Below are positions 1 through 9,284 of a DNA stretch of 64,000 nucleotides, piece after piece (the stretch's first letter is position 1; every line of letters begins with the position of its first letter). The notes beneath the pieces were generated by a model, which was not told the origin of the DNA, made no database searches, and saw only the letters and a program-made list of their open reading frames with translations. The DNA is from an uncultured Methanolobus sp. Lineage in GTDB: Archaea > Halobacteriota > Methanosarcinia > Methanosarcinales > Methanosarcinaceae. The translations under genes and the position numbers were made by a program. The DNA is taken from the NCBI GenBank assembly GCA_963675495.1, contig OY776215.1, positions 1,952,001 to 2,016,000 on the forward strand. The letters run 5' to 3'.

Positions 1-27
1 GAGTACTATCTTTCTTTATAATACAAA

Positions 28-255
28 ATGGTTAAGATCATGGAAGAATTTACCGTTGTAATAGAGCAGGACGAGGATGGCGTTTATGTGGCATCAGTGC
101 CGGAATTACCGGGTTGCCATACTCAGGCACAGACGCTTGATGAACTCAACCAGCGTATCAAAGAGGCAATAGAACTCTATCTTGAAGTAACTTCTGAGAA
201 TGATCGTAATCATCTCAATTTTGTAGGTATCCAGAAAGTAAGAGTTGGCGTATGA
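28..255 (+). CDS. hicB: HicB-family antitoxin (short, no DNA-binding domain)
   Basis: EQDEDGVYVASVPELPGCHTQAQTLDEL...IKEAIELYLE is a HicB pattern; overlaps downstream hicA by 4 nt (ATGA). Start could be ATG 40. Confidence 0.9.
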   Translation: MVKIMEEFTVVIEQDEDGVYVASVPELPGCHTQAQTLDELNQRIKEAIELYLEVTSENDRNHLNFVGIQKVRVGV

Positions 256-497
256 GTGGGAAACTAAAACCTGTTGCTGCAAAGAAAGTTATTAAAGCAC
301 TGGAATCTCTGGGCTTTGTGCAGGTGCGTCAAAAAGGTAGTCATGTTTTTATGCAACATCCTGATGGAAGGACTACTGTCGTTCCAGTTCATGGTGGACA
401 GTATATAGGAAAAGGTCTGGTCAAAAAACTATTGCAGGATGCTAAGATATCAAGGGATGAATGGCTGGAATTACTGAAGAGTCTGATTATTTTTTAA
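252..497 (+). CDS. hicA: HicA-family mRNA interferase toxin
   Basis: LESLGFVQVRQKGSHVFMQHPDGRTTVVPVH with the catalytic GSH motif. Confidence 0.92.
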   Translation: MSGKLKPVAAKKVIKALESLGFVQVRQKGSHVFMQHPDGRTTVVPVHGGQYIGKGLVKKLLQDAKISRDEWLELLKSLIIF

Positions 498-796
498 CCC
501 ATTATTAGTTCTCAAGATGTTTATTCCAGGATTGCCTTCTTTTTTATGGAGACTCTTAAGTTTGTTTGTGTATTTTGATTGCATACTCACATAAAATAAA
601 CAGTTTCAAGAAATAAAACAGTATTGAAATTAACAGAGAACTCATACATATTAAAAAACTCATACATATTAAAAATAACATGTAACTGAAAATATTTTTC
701 GAGATGAAAATACCAGCCAAAAATAAAAGTCACTTTATTTCAATTCTCAGACCAAACTCTCCGAACTTCCCAAATCAAAACCTTTATCTACTCGCC

Positions 797-829
797 TCTC
801 ATAAATGAGATACTACTCAAATATGAGAT
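797..829. promoter_or_regulatory. Tandem CTCA-N4-TGAG palindromes, probable operator of the RibK/RbkR regulator
   Basis: TCTCATAAATGAGA (797-810) and TACTCAAATATGAGAT (814-829) lie just upstream of the wHTH-RibK gene. Confidence 0.6.
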
Positions 830-844
830 TCACGTGGTGAGGCA

Positions 845-1516
845 ATGTATGGAACAACATCCCTGAAAAGACTGGCACTGCTTGGTGCGATCGAGAACCC
901 TGTGAAGATATCTTCCAGTGAGTTCATGCATCACATATCCACCAGCTCCCAAACCGCTGCAAGAGTACTTAAACAGCTTGAAGAGGATGGGTATATCTCC
1001 AGACAGCTTGTTTCAGGGGGACAAATGGTTCAGCTTACCAATGCCGGTGTCGAGCTTCTCAAAAAGGAGTATGTTGATTATCAGAAGATATTCTGCAAAG
1101 GCCACGATGACCTGGAACTCTACGGACATGTAATAACAGGTCTTGGAGAAGGGCAGTACTACATTGCAAAGGACGGATACATGTCTCAGTTCAGGGACAA
1201 ACTCGATTTTAAACCATTCCCCGGGACACTCAATGTGAGACTCAAGGACCAGAGTGCACAGATGCGTGATAATATGGATTTTCTCCAGCCTCTTACTATC
1301 CACGGTTTCAGTGATGGTGAGCGCAGTTTTGGTGGGGGAAAATGTTATCCCATAGAGATCGAAGGAATAAAAGCTGCCGTCATCATACCCGACAGGTCAC
1401 ATTATCCGGCAGACCTTCTGGAGATAATCGCACCTGTAAAGCTGCGTGAGATGCTTGGGATAAGCGATGATGATGAAGTTAAGATCGTAGTGAAGAACCC
1501 TCAAAAATGCAAGTAA
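845..1516 (+). CDS. ribK: wHTH plus CTP-dependent riboflavin kinase (RbkR-type)
   Basis: N-terminal HTH (SSQTAARVLKQLEEDGYI); GLGEGQYY and PFPGTLN motifs; upstream of ribB. Confidence 0.93.
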   Translation: MYGTTSLKRLALLGAIENPVKISSSEFMHHISTSSQTAARVLKQLEEDGYISRQLVSGGQMVQLTNAGVELLKKEYVDYQKIFCKGHDDLELYGHVITGLGEGQYYIAKDGYMSQFRDKLDFKPFPGTLNVRLKDQSAQMRDNMDFLQPLTIHGFSDGERSFGGGKCYPIEIEGIKAAVIIPDRSHYPADLLEIIAPVKLREMLGISDDDEVKIVVKNPQKCK

Positions 1517-1535
1517 TGATCGAGAAGCGATAAGT

Positions 1536-2273
1536 GTGAGTGATAACATGGATTCAGGTACAAAAGAATACAGCGAGAATATACAAAGAGCTATCAAAGC
1601 TCTTCAGAACGGTGAGATGATCCTCCTTTTCGATCTGGAAGGACGTGAAGCTGAGACTGATTTCACAATTCCTGCAAATGCTGTAACTCCTGAGGCCGTC
1701 AGGTGGATGCGTAAAGATGCAGGCGGTCTTATGTGTGTAGCTTTTGACTGCGAAGTATCTGAAAAACTGGGTCTTCCTTTCATTGCTGACGTCATGAGAG
1801 ATGCAACTCAATGCAACACTTCTCTTGAAAAGATCGTGGAAAAAAGCGGAGACCTTAAATACGATTCACGTTCCTCATTTTCTATCTGGGTAAACCATAG
1901 GGACACACGTACTGGAATTCCTGACAATGACCGTGCACTTACCATCAACAAATTAGGCGAAATAGTCGATAGGACACTCAACGGAGAAAATGTTCACTTC
2001 GGTAGCGAGTTCAGGACTCCTGGACATGTTGCAACCCTGCGTGCTGCAAAAGGACTTGTCCACGAGCGCATGGGTCAGACGGAACTTTCCATTGCACTTG
2101 CAAAGATGGCTGGTATAACTCCTGCAATGGTTGTATGCGAAATGCTGGATGACAATACCGGCAGGGCTCTTGAGAGACCGGACGCCGAAAAATACGGCAC
2201 TGACCACAACCTCGTATTCGTTGACGGTGAAGAAGTAGTTGAGGCATATGATCTCTGGCTGAGTTCACACTAA
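1536..2273 (+). CDS. ribB: 3,4-dihydroxy-2-butanone 4-phosphate synthase
   Basis: DLEGREAETD, TGIPDNDRALT, FRTPGH, GQTE and CEMLD motifs. Confidence 0.95.
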   Translation: MSDNMDSGTKEYSENIQRAIKALQNGEMILLFDLEGREAETDFTIPANAVTPEAVRWMRKDAGGLMCVAFDCEVSEKLGLPFIADVMRDATQCNTSLEKIVEKSGDLKYDSRSSFSIWVNHRDTRTGIPDNDRALTINKLGEIVDRTLNGENVHFGSEFRTPGHVATLRAAKGLVHERMGQTELSIALAKMAGITPAMVVCEMLDDNTGRALERPDAEKYGTDHNLVFVDGEEVVEAYDLWLSSH

Positions 2274-2353
2274 CTCCCTTTTCTTTATTTTTTCGAACCA
2301 TCTGTTCTCGGAAACACTAAAATACTGTAATGTATATCTAACAATAATCCTGC

Positions 2354-2431
2354 GGGACTGTAGGGTAGCCTGGTCCATCCTGTTAGGCTGGGGGTCTAGC
2401 GACTGGAGTTCAAATCTCCGCAGTCCCACCA
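2354..2431 (+). tRNA. tRNA-Pro(GGG), CCA encoded
   Basis: Acceptor GGGACTG/CAGTCCC+ACCA; anticodon loop CT-GGG-GG; T-arm GGAG-TTCAAAT-CTCC. Confidence 0.95.
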
Positions 2432-2756
2432 TATTCTACTATTGATTTATGAGGTATTACACTTAGTGTCATACCTCTTCTCGCGCTCCAGAAGCGTCAT
2501 CTGGGTTGCAAATCTCCGCAGTCCCACCATATTCTACTATTGATTTATGAGGTATTACACTTAGTGTCATACCTCTTCTCGCGCTCCAGAAGCGTCATCT
2601 GGGTTGCAAATCTCCGCAGTCCCACCATATTCTACTATTGATTTATGAGGTATTACACTTAGTGTCATACCTCTTCTCGCGCTCCAGAAGCGTCATCTGG
2701 GTTGCAAATCTCCGCAGTCCCACCATATTCTACTATTGATTTATGAGGTATTACAC
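2411..2756 (+). repeat. 98-bp tandem repeat x3.5 beginning with the last 21 nt of tRNA-Pro
   Basis: CAAATCTCCGCAGTCCCACCA recurs at 2411, 2509, 2607 and 2705; units appear identical until divergence after 2756. Confidence 0.95.
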
Positions 2757-2806
2757 GCAGTTTAATACCCAGCCATGTATTTTAAAAAAGATTGGTTCTG
2801 AAAGTT

Positions 2807-3214
2807 TTATGGAACTAGTATCTCATCAATTGCGTGGATCATACCGTTACTACACTCAATATCAGCTTCGATTATATTTGCAGTATCGATTTTTATGCCA
2901 TCCTTGGCAGTGATCTTCAGTTTGTTTCCACTTACTGTTTCAAGTTCTGTAAGTCCTGCAAGTTCTGCGGTGGTATATTTTCCTTCCACGATGTGGTAGT
3001 TGATAATACCAAGAAGGTAGCCATGGTCATCAAATGATTCATCTACGACTTCATCTGGTATTGGTCCGAAAGCTGCTTCTATCGGTGCAAAAATAGTGAA
3101 TGGTCCTTCGTTGCTGTACTTATTTGTGAGCTTAAGCTTCTCTGCGGCTTTCAGGAGGGTCGAAAAAGATCCCTTCTCTTTTGCTGTTGTTATCAGGTTC
3201 TTCAATTCAGTCAT
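2807..3214 (-). CDS. Fasciclin (FAS1) domain protein
   Basis: GPFTIFAP (H1), YHIV and SNGMIHAIDEILVP (H2) motifs; ATG at 3214 preferred. Confidence 0.9.
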   Translation of the reverse strand: MTELKNLITTAKEKGSFSTLLKAAEKLKLTNKYSNEGPFTIFAPIEAAFGPIPDEVVDESFDDHGYLLGIINYHIVEGKYTTAELAGLTELETVSGNKLKITAKDGIKIDTANIIEADIECSNGMIHAIDEILVP

Positions 3215-3363
3215 TTTCAATCCTCTAATTCTATCTTATGTCCGTTATTGTTCAAAAAAGGTTTGAACATAAATATGACCTTTCAAAAAAGGTTTCAATC
3301 GAAATAATTAATACAGAGTCATTACAACTCTTTTAAAGGTGGTAACAAATAGCTCCTATAATT

Positions 3364-4257
3364 GTGGCAAAAGAACTGCAAAAGTCATTCAAAGACCTTG
3401 CAGCTGTAAACAATATAAGCTTTAATATTGATGAAGGTGAGATGTTCGGTTTTCTCGGGCCAAACGGAGCAGGCAAGACCACGACCATGCGGATGATACA
3501 ATGTGTTTCTCCGATAACCGCAGGCAAGCTCGAAGTTCTTGGGATGAATGTTGCAAGTCATCAGAGGGAAATAAAATCATTTATGGGAGTCGTTCCTCAG
3601 GAGAACAATCTCGACGGGGATTTTACGGTCTATGAGAACCTGCTGGTTTATTCAAGATATTTCGATATCCCGCAGGCTGAAGCAGAAAAAAGAGTAGAGG
3701 AGTTACTTGACTTTGTGCATCTCCAGGAAAAAAGGGATGTTATGACAGAAAGCCTGTCAGGTGGAATGAAACGCAGGCTTGTACTGGCAAGAGCTCTTAT
3801 TAACCGTCCCCGACTTTTGATACTTGATGAACCTACTGTTGGACTTGACCCGCAGGCACGTCATCTTATATGGGACAAGCTGCGCGGGCTCAAAAAACAG
3901 GGAGTTACTATTGTTCTCACATCTCACTACCTTGATGAGGTGGAAAAGCTTTGCGACAGGCTGGTAGTAATGGACAATGGTAAAATACTGGTAGAAGGCA
4001 GCCCCAGAGGAGTTATTGCAGAGTTCATAGGTTCGGATATCATCGAGGCAGAACACAACCCACAACTTCTGGAATGTCTTGAGAAAAGGGAAACAAGCTA
4101 CGAAATTATTGGTGACATTGTTCACATTTATCCGGATAACGCCATGGAGTTATCTGAATTTCTTCTTATGGAATGTTCTCTCTCCAAGATAAGCGCAAGA
4201 CCTGCGACACTTGAAGATGTCTTCCTTAAGCTTACAGGCAGGAGGCTTCGGGAATGA
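3364..4257 (+). CDS. ABC-2 exporter ATP-binding subunit (NodI/DrrA-like)
   Basis: GPNGAGKT, LSGGMKRR, LILDEPT; true start may be ATA at 3349. Confidence 0.92.
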   Translation: MAKELQKSFKDLAAVNNISFNIDEGEMFGFLGPNGAGKTTTMRMIQCVSPITAGKLEVLGMNVASHQREIKSFMGVVPQENNLDGDFTVYENLLVYSRYFDIPQAEAEKRVEELLDFVHLQEKRDVMTESLSGGMKRRLVLARALINRPRLLILDEPTVGLDPQARHLIWDKLRGLKKQGVTIVLTSHYLDEVEKLCDRLVVMDNGKILVEGSPRGVIAEFIGSDIIEAEHNPQLLECLEKRETSYEIIGDIVHIYPDNAMELSEFLLMECSLSKISARPATLEDVFLKLTGRRLRE

Positions 4258-5045
4258 ATATGACCGATTATTTTGCAATTCCCAGCATAAGCTCCAGGTC
4301 ATATAAGGTCTGGCAGCGGAACAAGGATGTCTTCATGAAGGACGTCAAGTTGAATTTCCTTCCTCCTTTCCTTGAGCCGATAATGTATCTGATTGCACTG
4401 GGCTTTGGTCTGGGAAAGTTCATTGAGAGCATTGATGGTGTCCCGTATGCCAATTTTATCGCTCCTGCACTCATAGCTGTTTCAGTTATGTATGCAGCAT
4501 TTTTCGAGTGCAGTTACAGCTCCTATGTCCGGATGTACTATCAGAAAACATTCGATGCTATCATTGCAACACCTCTGACAATAGAGGATGTGATAGCAGG
4601 TGAGCTTCTCTGGGGAGCCACCAGAAGCATGATAAACGCAACTGTAATGATACCTGTAATAGCTCTTTTTGGTTTGATCGACCTGAAATACTCACTTCTC
4701 ATAATTCCGTTCGCATTCCTTTGCGGGCTTCTATTTGCAGCTATTGGCATGTGTTTTACCGCAATAACTCCAAATATAATGTCTCTTAGCTATCCGATAC
4801 TCTTGTTCATAACCCCAATGTTCCTCTTTAGTGGCACTTTCTTCCCCTTAAGTGCTCTTCCGGTACCAGTGCAGTATTTTGCAATTGCATTTCTACCATT
4901 AACACACATGGTGAACGTTATAAGGTCCCTGTCATTCGGGATACTGGGTGCATCCTTATTGTTTGATATTGTGTGGATCCTGTTTGCAAGTGTAATTTTG
5001 CTGATACTTTCGATAAATCTCATGAAGAAAAAACTGATAGTCTAA
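4254..5045 (+). CDS. ABC-2 exporter permease (NodJ-like)
   Basis: Multiple TM segments, FSGTFFP motif; overlaps the ATPase stop codon. Confidence 0.9.
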   Translation: MNMTDYFAIPSISSRSYKVWQRNKDVFMKDVKLNFLPPFLEPIMYLIALGFGLGKFIESIDGVPYANFIAPALIAVSVMYAAFFECSYSSYVRMYYQKTFDAIIATPLTIEDVIAGELLWGATRSMINATVMIPVIALFGLIDLKYSLLIIPFAFLCGLLFAAIGMCFTAITPNIMSLSYPILLFITPMFLFSGTFFPLSALPVPVQYFAIAFLPLTHMVNVIRSLSFGILGASLLFDIVWILFASVILLILSINLMKKKLIV

Positions 5046-5165
5046 ATAACTGTTAAGTTAAAATGTGGCATATGTCAGATCACGGAGTGCCATGGATGTA
5101 TTTGTCCAATGGTCACAGAATATGTAGCGATAGTTTGATAAAATAAATCATCAATTGGTGTAGCA

Positions 5166-6080
5166 ATGAAAAAATACTTGATCCTGGTATTGTGCCTTTT
5201 CGGTCTGGTGATCTTTGCAGGTGGCTGCATCGATGATCTTGTGCCGGTAAGTGATGAAGGTACTCAGCAGGAGTTATCTGCATACGAGTTTGAGGTTTTC
5301 CTGAACGATAGTTATAATGAAGGGAAGTTGATTCCTACTCATTCATTCTATCTCTCAAAGAATGGGTCTGCAAAGGTAGTTTCAATAATTGAGAACGAAT
5401 CTGTTATTGATATAATCCCTCTGGAAGATCTGAGCACTTCAGACGATGAAGTTGTAAGTAATATTGTTGTACTTGGAGATTTTTCCAACAAAACCAATGC
5501 AACACCGGAAAACTTGAATGATTTTTCACTCATGGAAGGAGCTTCTGAGATCAATTATACAATTTCAGAAGATGTTATTCGCGGACAAAAGCATGTGTTC
5601 ATTACATTTGAAGAACCAATAACCGGCTTTGTGGCTTACACAATGTCAACACCGCTGGGGCAGGATTTCATATACATCACAACACCTCCGTCCGTAGTTC
5701 GTTTTGTTTTGCCAGAGGGGTATACCACTGGAAATCCGCTTATAGGCAAGGCCAAGCCTTCTCCTGATGCTTTGTATATTGATGCATATAATCGTGAAAA
5801 TCTTGTGTGGTACAATGGGTTGGAAACAACTGGTTTCTTGAGCATGCTCGGCAGATACTCTGCTGAAGAACAGGCAGAAATAGAGCCGGTTCCAAAACTC
5901 ATCACAGCTAAATTCTACACAAGCTCAGCGCCAACAGGTCTTACCATTGCTGCGTTTATTCTTGGAATGATCGCACTTTTTGTCATTTTCAGGTATAGGC
6001 TTCAAAAGAAAACACTGGAAAAGATTCGAGATGACATCGAGAAACAGGTAGTTGTTCCCAAAAATAAAGGAAAAGATTGA
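5166..6080 (+). CDS. Membrane-anchored lipoprotein (DUF5803-like)
   Basis: Lipobox FAGGC, LPEGYTTGNPLIG segment, C-terminal TM helix plus basic tail. Confidence 0.65.
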   Translation: MKKYLILVLCLFGLVIFAGGCIDDLVPVSDEGTQQELSAYEFEVFLNDSYNEGKLIPTHSFYLSKNGSAKVVSIIENESVIDIIPLEDLSTSDDEVVSNIVVLGDFSNKTNATPENLNDFSLMEGASEINYTISEDVIRGQKHVFITFEEPITGFVAYTMSTPLGQDFIYITTPPSVVRFVLPEGYTTGNPLIGKAKPSPDALYIDAYNRENLVWYNGLETTGFLSMLGRYSAEEQAEIEPVPKLITAKFYTSSAPTGLTIAAFILGMIALFVIFRYRLQKKTLEKIRDDIEKQVVVPKNKGKD

Positions 6081-6081
6081 A

Positions 6082-6825
6082 TCAAAGGTATTCAAAAACC
6101 ATGCCATCATATCCAAGTGGATATTCTTTTACTGCCTCATCATGGGGCTTGAAGAAATGGCTAAGGTGTGTGAATACCACTTTTTTGGCTTTAATTTCCT
6201 GAGCAAGGTCCATAGCTTCTGCCGTATTCATGTGTTTTTTGACCTCTACAGTAGGTGGAACAATAGCATCAGCAATTAACAGGTCTGGTTCCATGATAGT
6301 ATCAATGCTCTTTTTTGGAATATCCCTTTGTGTATCTCCTGTGATAACCACTTTTGTATTGCCATCACGTATCATAACACCTATCGATCTTTTTACGGGT
6401 GGATGTATTACCTCAAAAAGAGTGAATTCCAGGCCAATGAGTTCAAAAGGTTCATACATGTTCCTTTCATGCTTTTTAGGCCGGAGGAACTGCAGGTAAT
6501 CAAGAATATATTCCAGTGTTTCAGGTAATCCGTAAACATCCACGTTGTATTGGACCCGGTGGAATTCGGCAAAACCTGCAAAATGGTCATAATGACCATG
6601 TGTCCAGATTACTCCATCAATATGTTTTGTCCCGGTTTTAAGAAGCTGGTATCGAAGATCAGGCCCTGAGTCTATCAGAACCGTTCCCTGCGATGACTCC
6701 ACAAGGATTGCAAATCTGGTTCTCTGACTTTTACCGCCGTTGTGTGCATCCTGACATGTAGGACAATTGCAACCAATAACAGGAGTACCGGTGGCATCTC
6801 CTGTCCCAAGAAGTGTTATCTTCAT
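6082..6825 (-). CDS. Metallo-beta-lactamase fold hydrolase (PhnP/YycJ-like)
   Basis: LLGTG..GTPVIGCNCPTC, THGHYDH, THLSH. Confidence 0.9.
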   Translation of the reverse strand: MKITLLGTGDATGTPVIGCNCPTCQDAHNGGKSQRTRFAILVESSQGTVLIDSGPDLRYQLLKTGTKHIDGVIWTHGHYDHFAGFAEFHRVQYNVDVYGLPETLEYILDYLQFLRPKKHERNMYEPFELIGLEFTLFEVIHPPVKRSIGVMIRDGNTKVVITGDTQRDIPKKSIDTIMEPDLLIADAIVPPTVEVKKHMNTAEAMDLAQEIKAKKVVFTHLSHFFKPHDEAVKEYPLGYDGMVFEYL

Positions 6826-6843
6826 GAATTGTCCTGTATTTAC

Positions 6844-8121
6844 TCAATCTTCATATTCATTGGTTTTGATGACTGTTCTCTCATCGAATGCTGCGACTGC
6901 ATTGAGCATATCTTTTTGTGTAAGCTCGGTCCTCTCTGTTACAAGTGCAGTGAGCACTCCTTCCCGGATGACCATACGCAGGTCCGAACCACTATAACCA
7001 TGCGTCAAAGCTGCTATTTCCGCAGTGTCAAAGTCTCCTTTGATCTCTTTTGTAACGATGTCAAGTATCTTCTTGCGCATGTCCACATCAGGAAGCGGGA
7101 ATTTCATAATATCATCAAAACGTCTCCATGCAGCAGAATCAAGCATCTTAGGGTGGTTTGTCGCAGCCAGAAGAAGTACACCGTCTGTTGTAAGGCTGAT
7201 GTCATCAATGGCCTTGAGCAAAGTGTTCACGGCTCTTTTAAGAGCTGCATGTTCATCAGACGAACGTGTCTTTGCGACAAAATCAAATTCGTCAATAAAA
7301 AGTATGCAAGGACTTAATTTTTTAGCAAGTGCAAATACCCTGTCTATATTTTTCGCAGTCTCTCCCAGGTATTGGTCAGTTATCATTGAGAGTCTGACCT
7401 CCACAAAAGGACTCGAAAGGTGCTCTGACATTGCCTTTGCAAGTGATGTCTTACCTGTTCCGGGAGGGCCGACCATTAATATCTTACCTACATCATAAAG
7501 GCCAATATGCTTGAGGTAGTCCCTGTATTTTATTGCCTTGACTATCTTCTTTGTTTCTTCTTCCTGTTCCTGTGTAAGAACAAAATCTTTCATTGTCTGG
7601 CGTATATCCTCCGGCGCGCTGATCTGTACCAGTTTTAGCATATCAGGTCCGCCTTCTTCTTTTTCAATATCTGCTATCAGGGACTCTATCCATTCCCTGT
7701 CAACTTCTTTTGGCCTGACCTTTGATTTTGCACTGGTGTAGTCTGCTCCATCTGTCTTATTTTTCTCATAATAAAATGCAAGAACAGGATTATGTGATAT
7801 TCTTTCCCGGTTCTCATCTTTTTTCTGGAACCATTCTGCTCCAACTTCAAGAGCAGTTATCTTTGCGGAAAATTCCATGTCATCGATCTTGACAAAAGGA
7901 ACTGATATTGATCTGTTATCTATGTTCTCAACACCAAATATCTTTTCAAGATCAGTAACACTAACCCTTATAGGCTTTGGAACTGTTTTGTGATCCCTGC
8001 TCCAGTAATATTTACGTATATCCTTGGGCAGATCACTCACATCCATTTCGGGATATTTGCTATATATTTGTGCTGTAAGTAGCAGTTCCACAATATCGAG
8101 GGTTATATCGGACATATTCAT
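6844..8121 (-). CDS. AAA+ ATPase
   Basis: [25 protein letters not shown] arginine finger. Confidence 0.92.
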   Translation of the reverse strand: MNMSDITLDIVELLLTAQIYSKYPEMDVSDLPKDIRKYYWSRDHKTVPKPIRVSVTDLEKIFGVENIDNRSISVPFVKIDDMEFSAKITALEVGAEWFQKKDENRERISHNPVLAFYYEKNKTDGADYTSAKSKVRPKEVDREWIESLIADIEKEEGGPDMLKLVQISAPEDIRQTMKDFVLTQEQEEETKKIVKAIKYRDYLKHIGLYDVGKILMVGPPGTGKTSLAKAMSEHLSSPFVEVRLSMITDQYLGETAKNIDRVFALAKKLSPCILFIDEFDFVAKTRSSDEHAALKRAVNTLLKAIDDISLTTDGVLLLAATNHPKMLDSAAWRRFDDIMKFPLPDVDMRKKILDIVTKEIKGDFDTAEIAALTHGYSGSDLRMVIREGVLTALVTERTELTQKDMLNAVAAFDERTVIKTNEYED

Positions 8122-8278
8122 ACCTGATTAAATTATTTATTAATTGGAAGTTAACTATTAAGACATTACATATTATACATCTTTTTAGATATATTTTTTG
8201 TATACTCCTACTAAATATATTGTTTAAATATTATTATACTCGCCATGTATCTTATTTGTTTTTGAAGAGCAGACCAGT

Positions 8279-8782
8279 TTATACAAGTCGGATAACCTCT
8301 TTTGAAGGTGAATATATCTCTCCTGCTTGCATCATCTTTTTGATAGCGTCATCAAATCTGTCTTCATCAATGTCCCTGGCTATGACCACTTTTTTCAGAT
8401 CACCATAAAGCATCTGTTTATTATTGGATTGGAGTGCTTCAAGTATTAAACCATCTGCTTTTTTCTTTTTCTGAGATTCTTGTTTGTCAATAAAACATGC
8501 AGCTTTCTCCTCAATCTCCTCACCAAATATCTGATACTCGGTTTTGGAAGCACCCTCATTTTTGGCCTGCATAGTGTATGTTTCATTCTCTATTATACTG
8601 GCCTGTACCTGCGTCCTGAAGGATATTGCTTCGTTAAGGTCTTCTGATGAAAAGAAGATACGCAACTTTCTGACCATTAGTGTTGCGCTGCACCTCTGGC
8701 AACGAGTGGTCTTTGAACTTTCAAGTTCAATGATCTGTGCATTCTTCCTGCATTTTGTACATATGATGACCCCGTATACCAT
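8279..8782 (-). CDS. Zn-ribbon plus C-terminal winged-helix protein (DUF5817-like)
   Basis: CTKC...CQRC and C-terminal GEIYSP; ATG 8782 avoids overlap with rimI. Confidence 0.7.
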   Translation of the reverse strand: MVYGVIICTKCRKNAQIIELESSKTTRCQRCSATLMVRKLRIFFSSEDLNEAISFRTQVQASIIENETYTMQAKNEGASKTEYQIFGEEIEEKAACFIDKQESQKKKKADGLILEALQSNNKQMLYGDLKKVVIARDIDEDRFDDAIKKMMQAGEIYSPSKEVIRLV

Positions 8783-8860
8783 CGGCAGCTTTTTAGTATG
8801 TATCCTATAAATAGTAAGCCTCACAGAGAAGAGGACCAAAAAGGTAAATTCAATGATACA

Positions 8861-9283
8861 ATGATACGAAGAGCATTGGTTTCTGATATTCCTGAAATTG
8901 TTGAGATAGAGGATTGTTCCTTTGACATGCCCTGGCCAGATTTTCTTTTCAAGGCCCACATTAATAATCCGGGGTTTGTTGTTTACGAGGAAGACAAGGT
9001 ACTTGGTTATGCAATAATTGGTTCATCAGGAGATAATAGAATGGCTCATTTGCAGAGTATTGCAGTTCGTAAGGAATACTTGCGGCAGGGAATTGCCAGT
9101 AAACTGCTTGAATGGTGCATTGACCTTGTGAAGCTTTATGGCTTCAATAAAATGATGCTTGAAGTGAGAGAGTCTAATGTTGCTGCTCAACTTTTCTATT
9201 CAAATAATGGTTTTCTGGTCGAGGGAAAAATAGATGGCTACTATCTTGATGAAAATGCCATTGTAATGGGCAGGAAAATTTGA
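8861..9283 (+). CDS. rimI: RimI/Ard1-family N-acetyltransferase
   Basis: IAV..EYLRQGIASKLL, LEVRESN..AQLFY, YY.DENA. Confidence 0.88.
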   Translation: MIRRALVSDIPEIVEIEDCSFDMPWPDFLFKAHINNPGFVVYEEDKVLGYAIIGSSGDNRMAHLQSIAVRKEYLRQGIASKLLEWCIDLVKLYGFNKMMLEVRESNVAAQLFYSNNGFLVEGKIDGYYLDENAIVMGRKI

Positions 9284-9284
9284 T

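Noticed and set aside
639-674. 18-bp tandem duplication AACTCATACATATTAAAA x2
   Set aside because: Only two AT-rich copies; most likely replication slippage
2432-2725. Additional tRNA genes within the repeats
   Set aside because: Units lack the 5' acceptor strand GGGACTG and recognisable D and anticodon arms
2411-2756. CRISPR array
   Set aside because: Whole 98-bp units are identical, with no unique spacers, and there are no cas genes in the window
8783-8959. N-terminal extensions of ORFs 8279..8959 and 8798..9283
   Set aside because: They overlap each other head-to-head; motif-bearing sequence starts at 8782 and 8861
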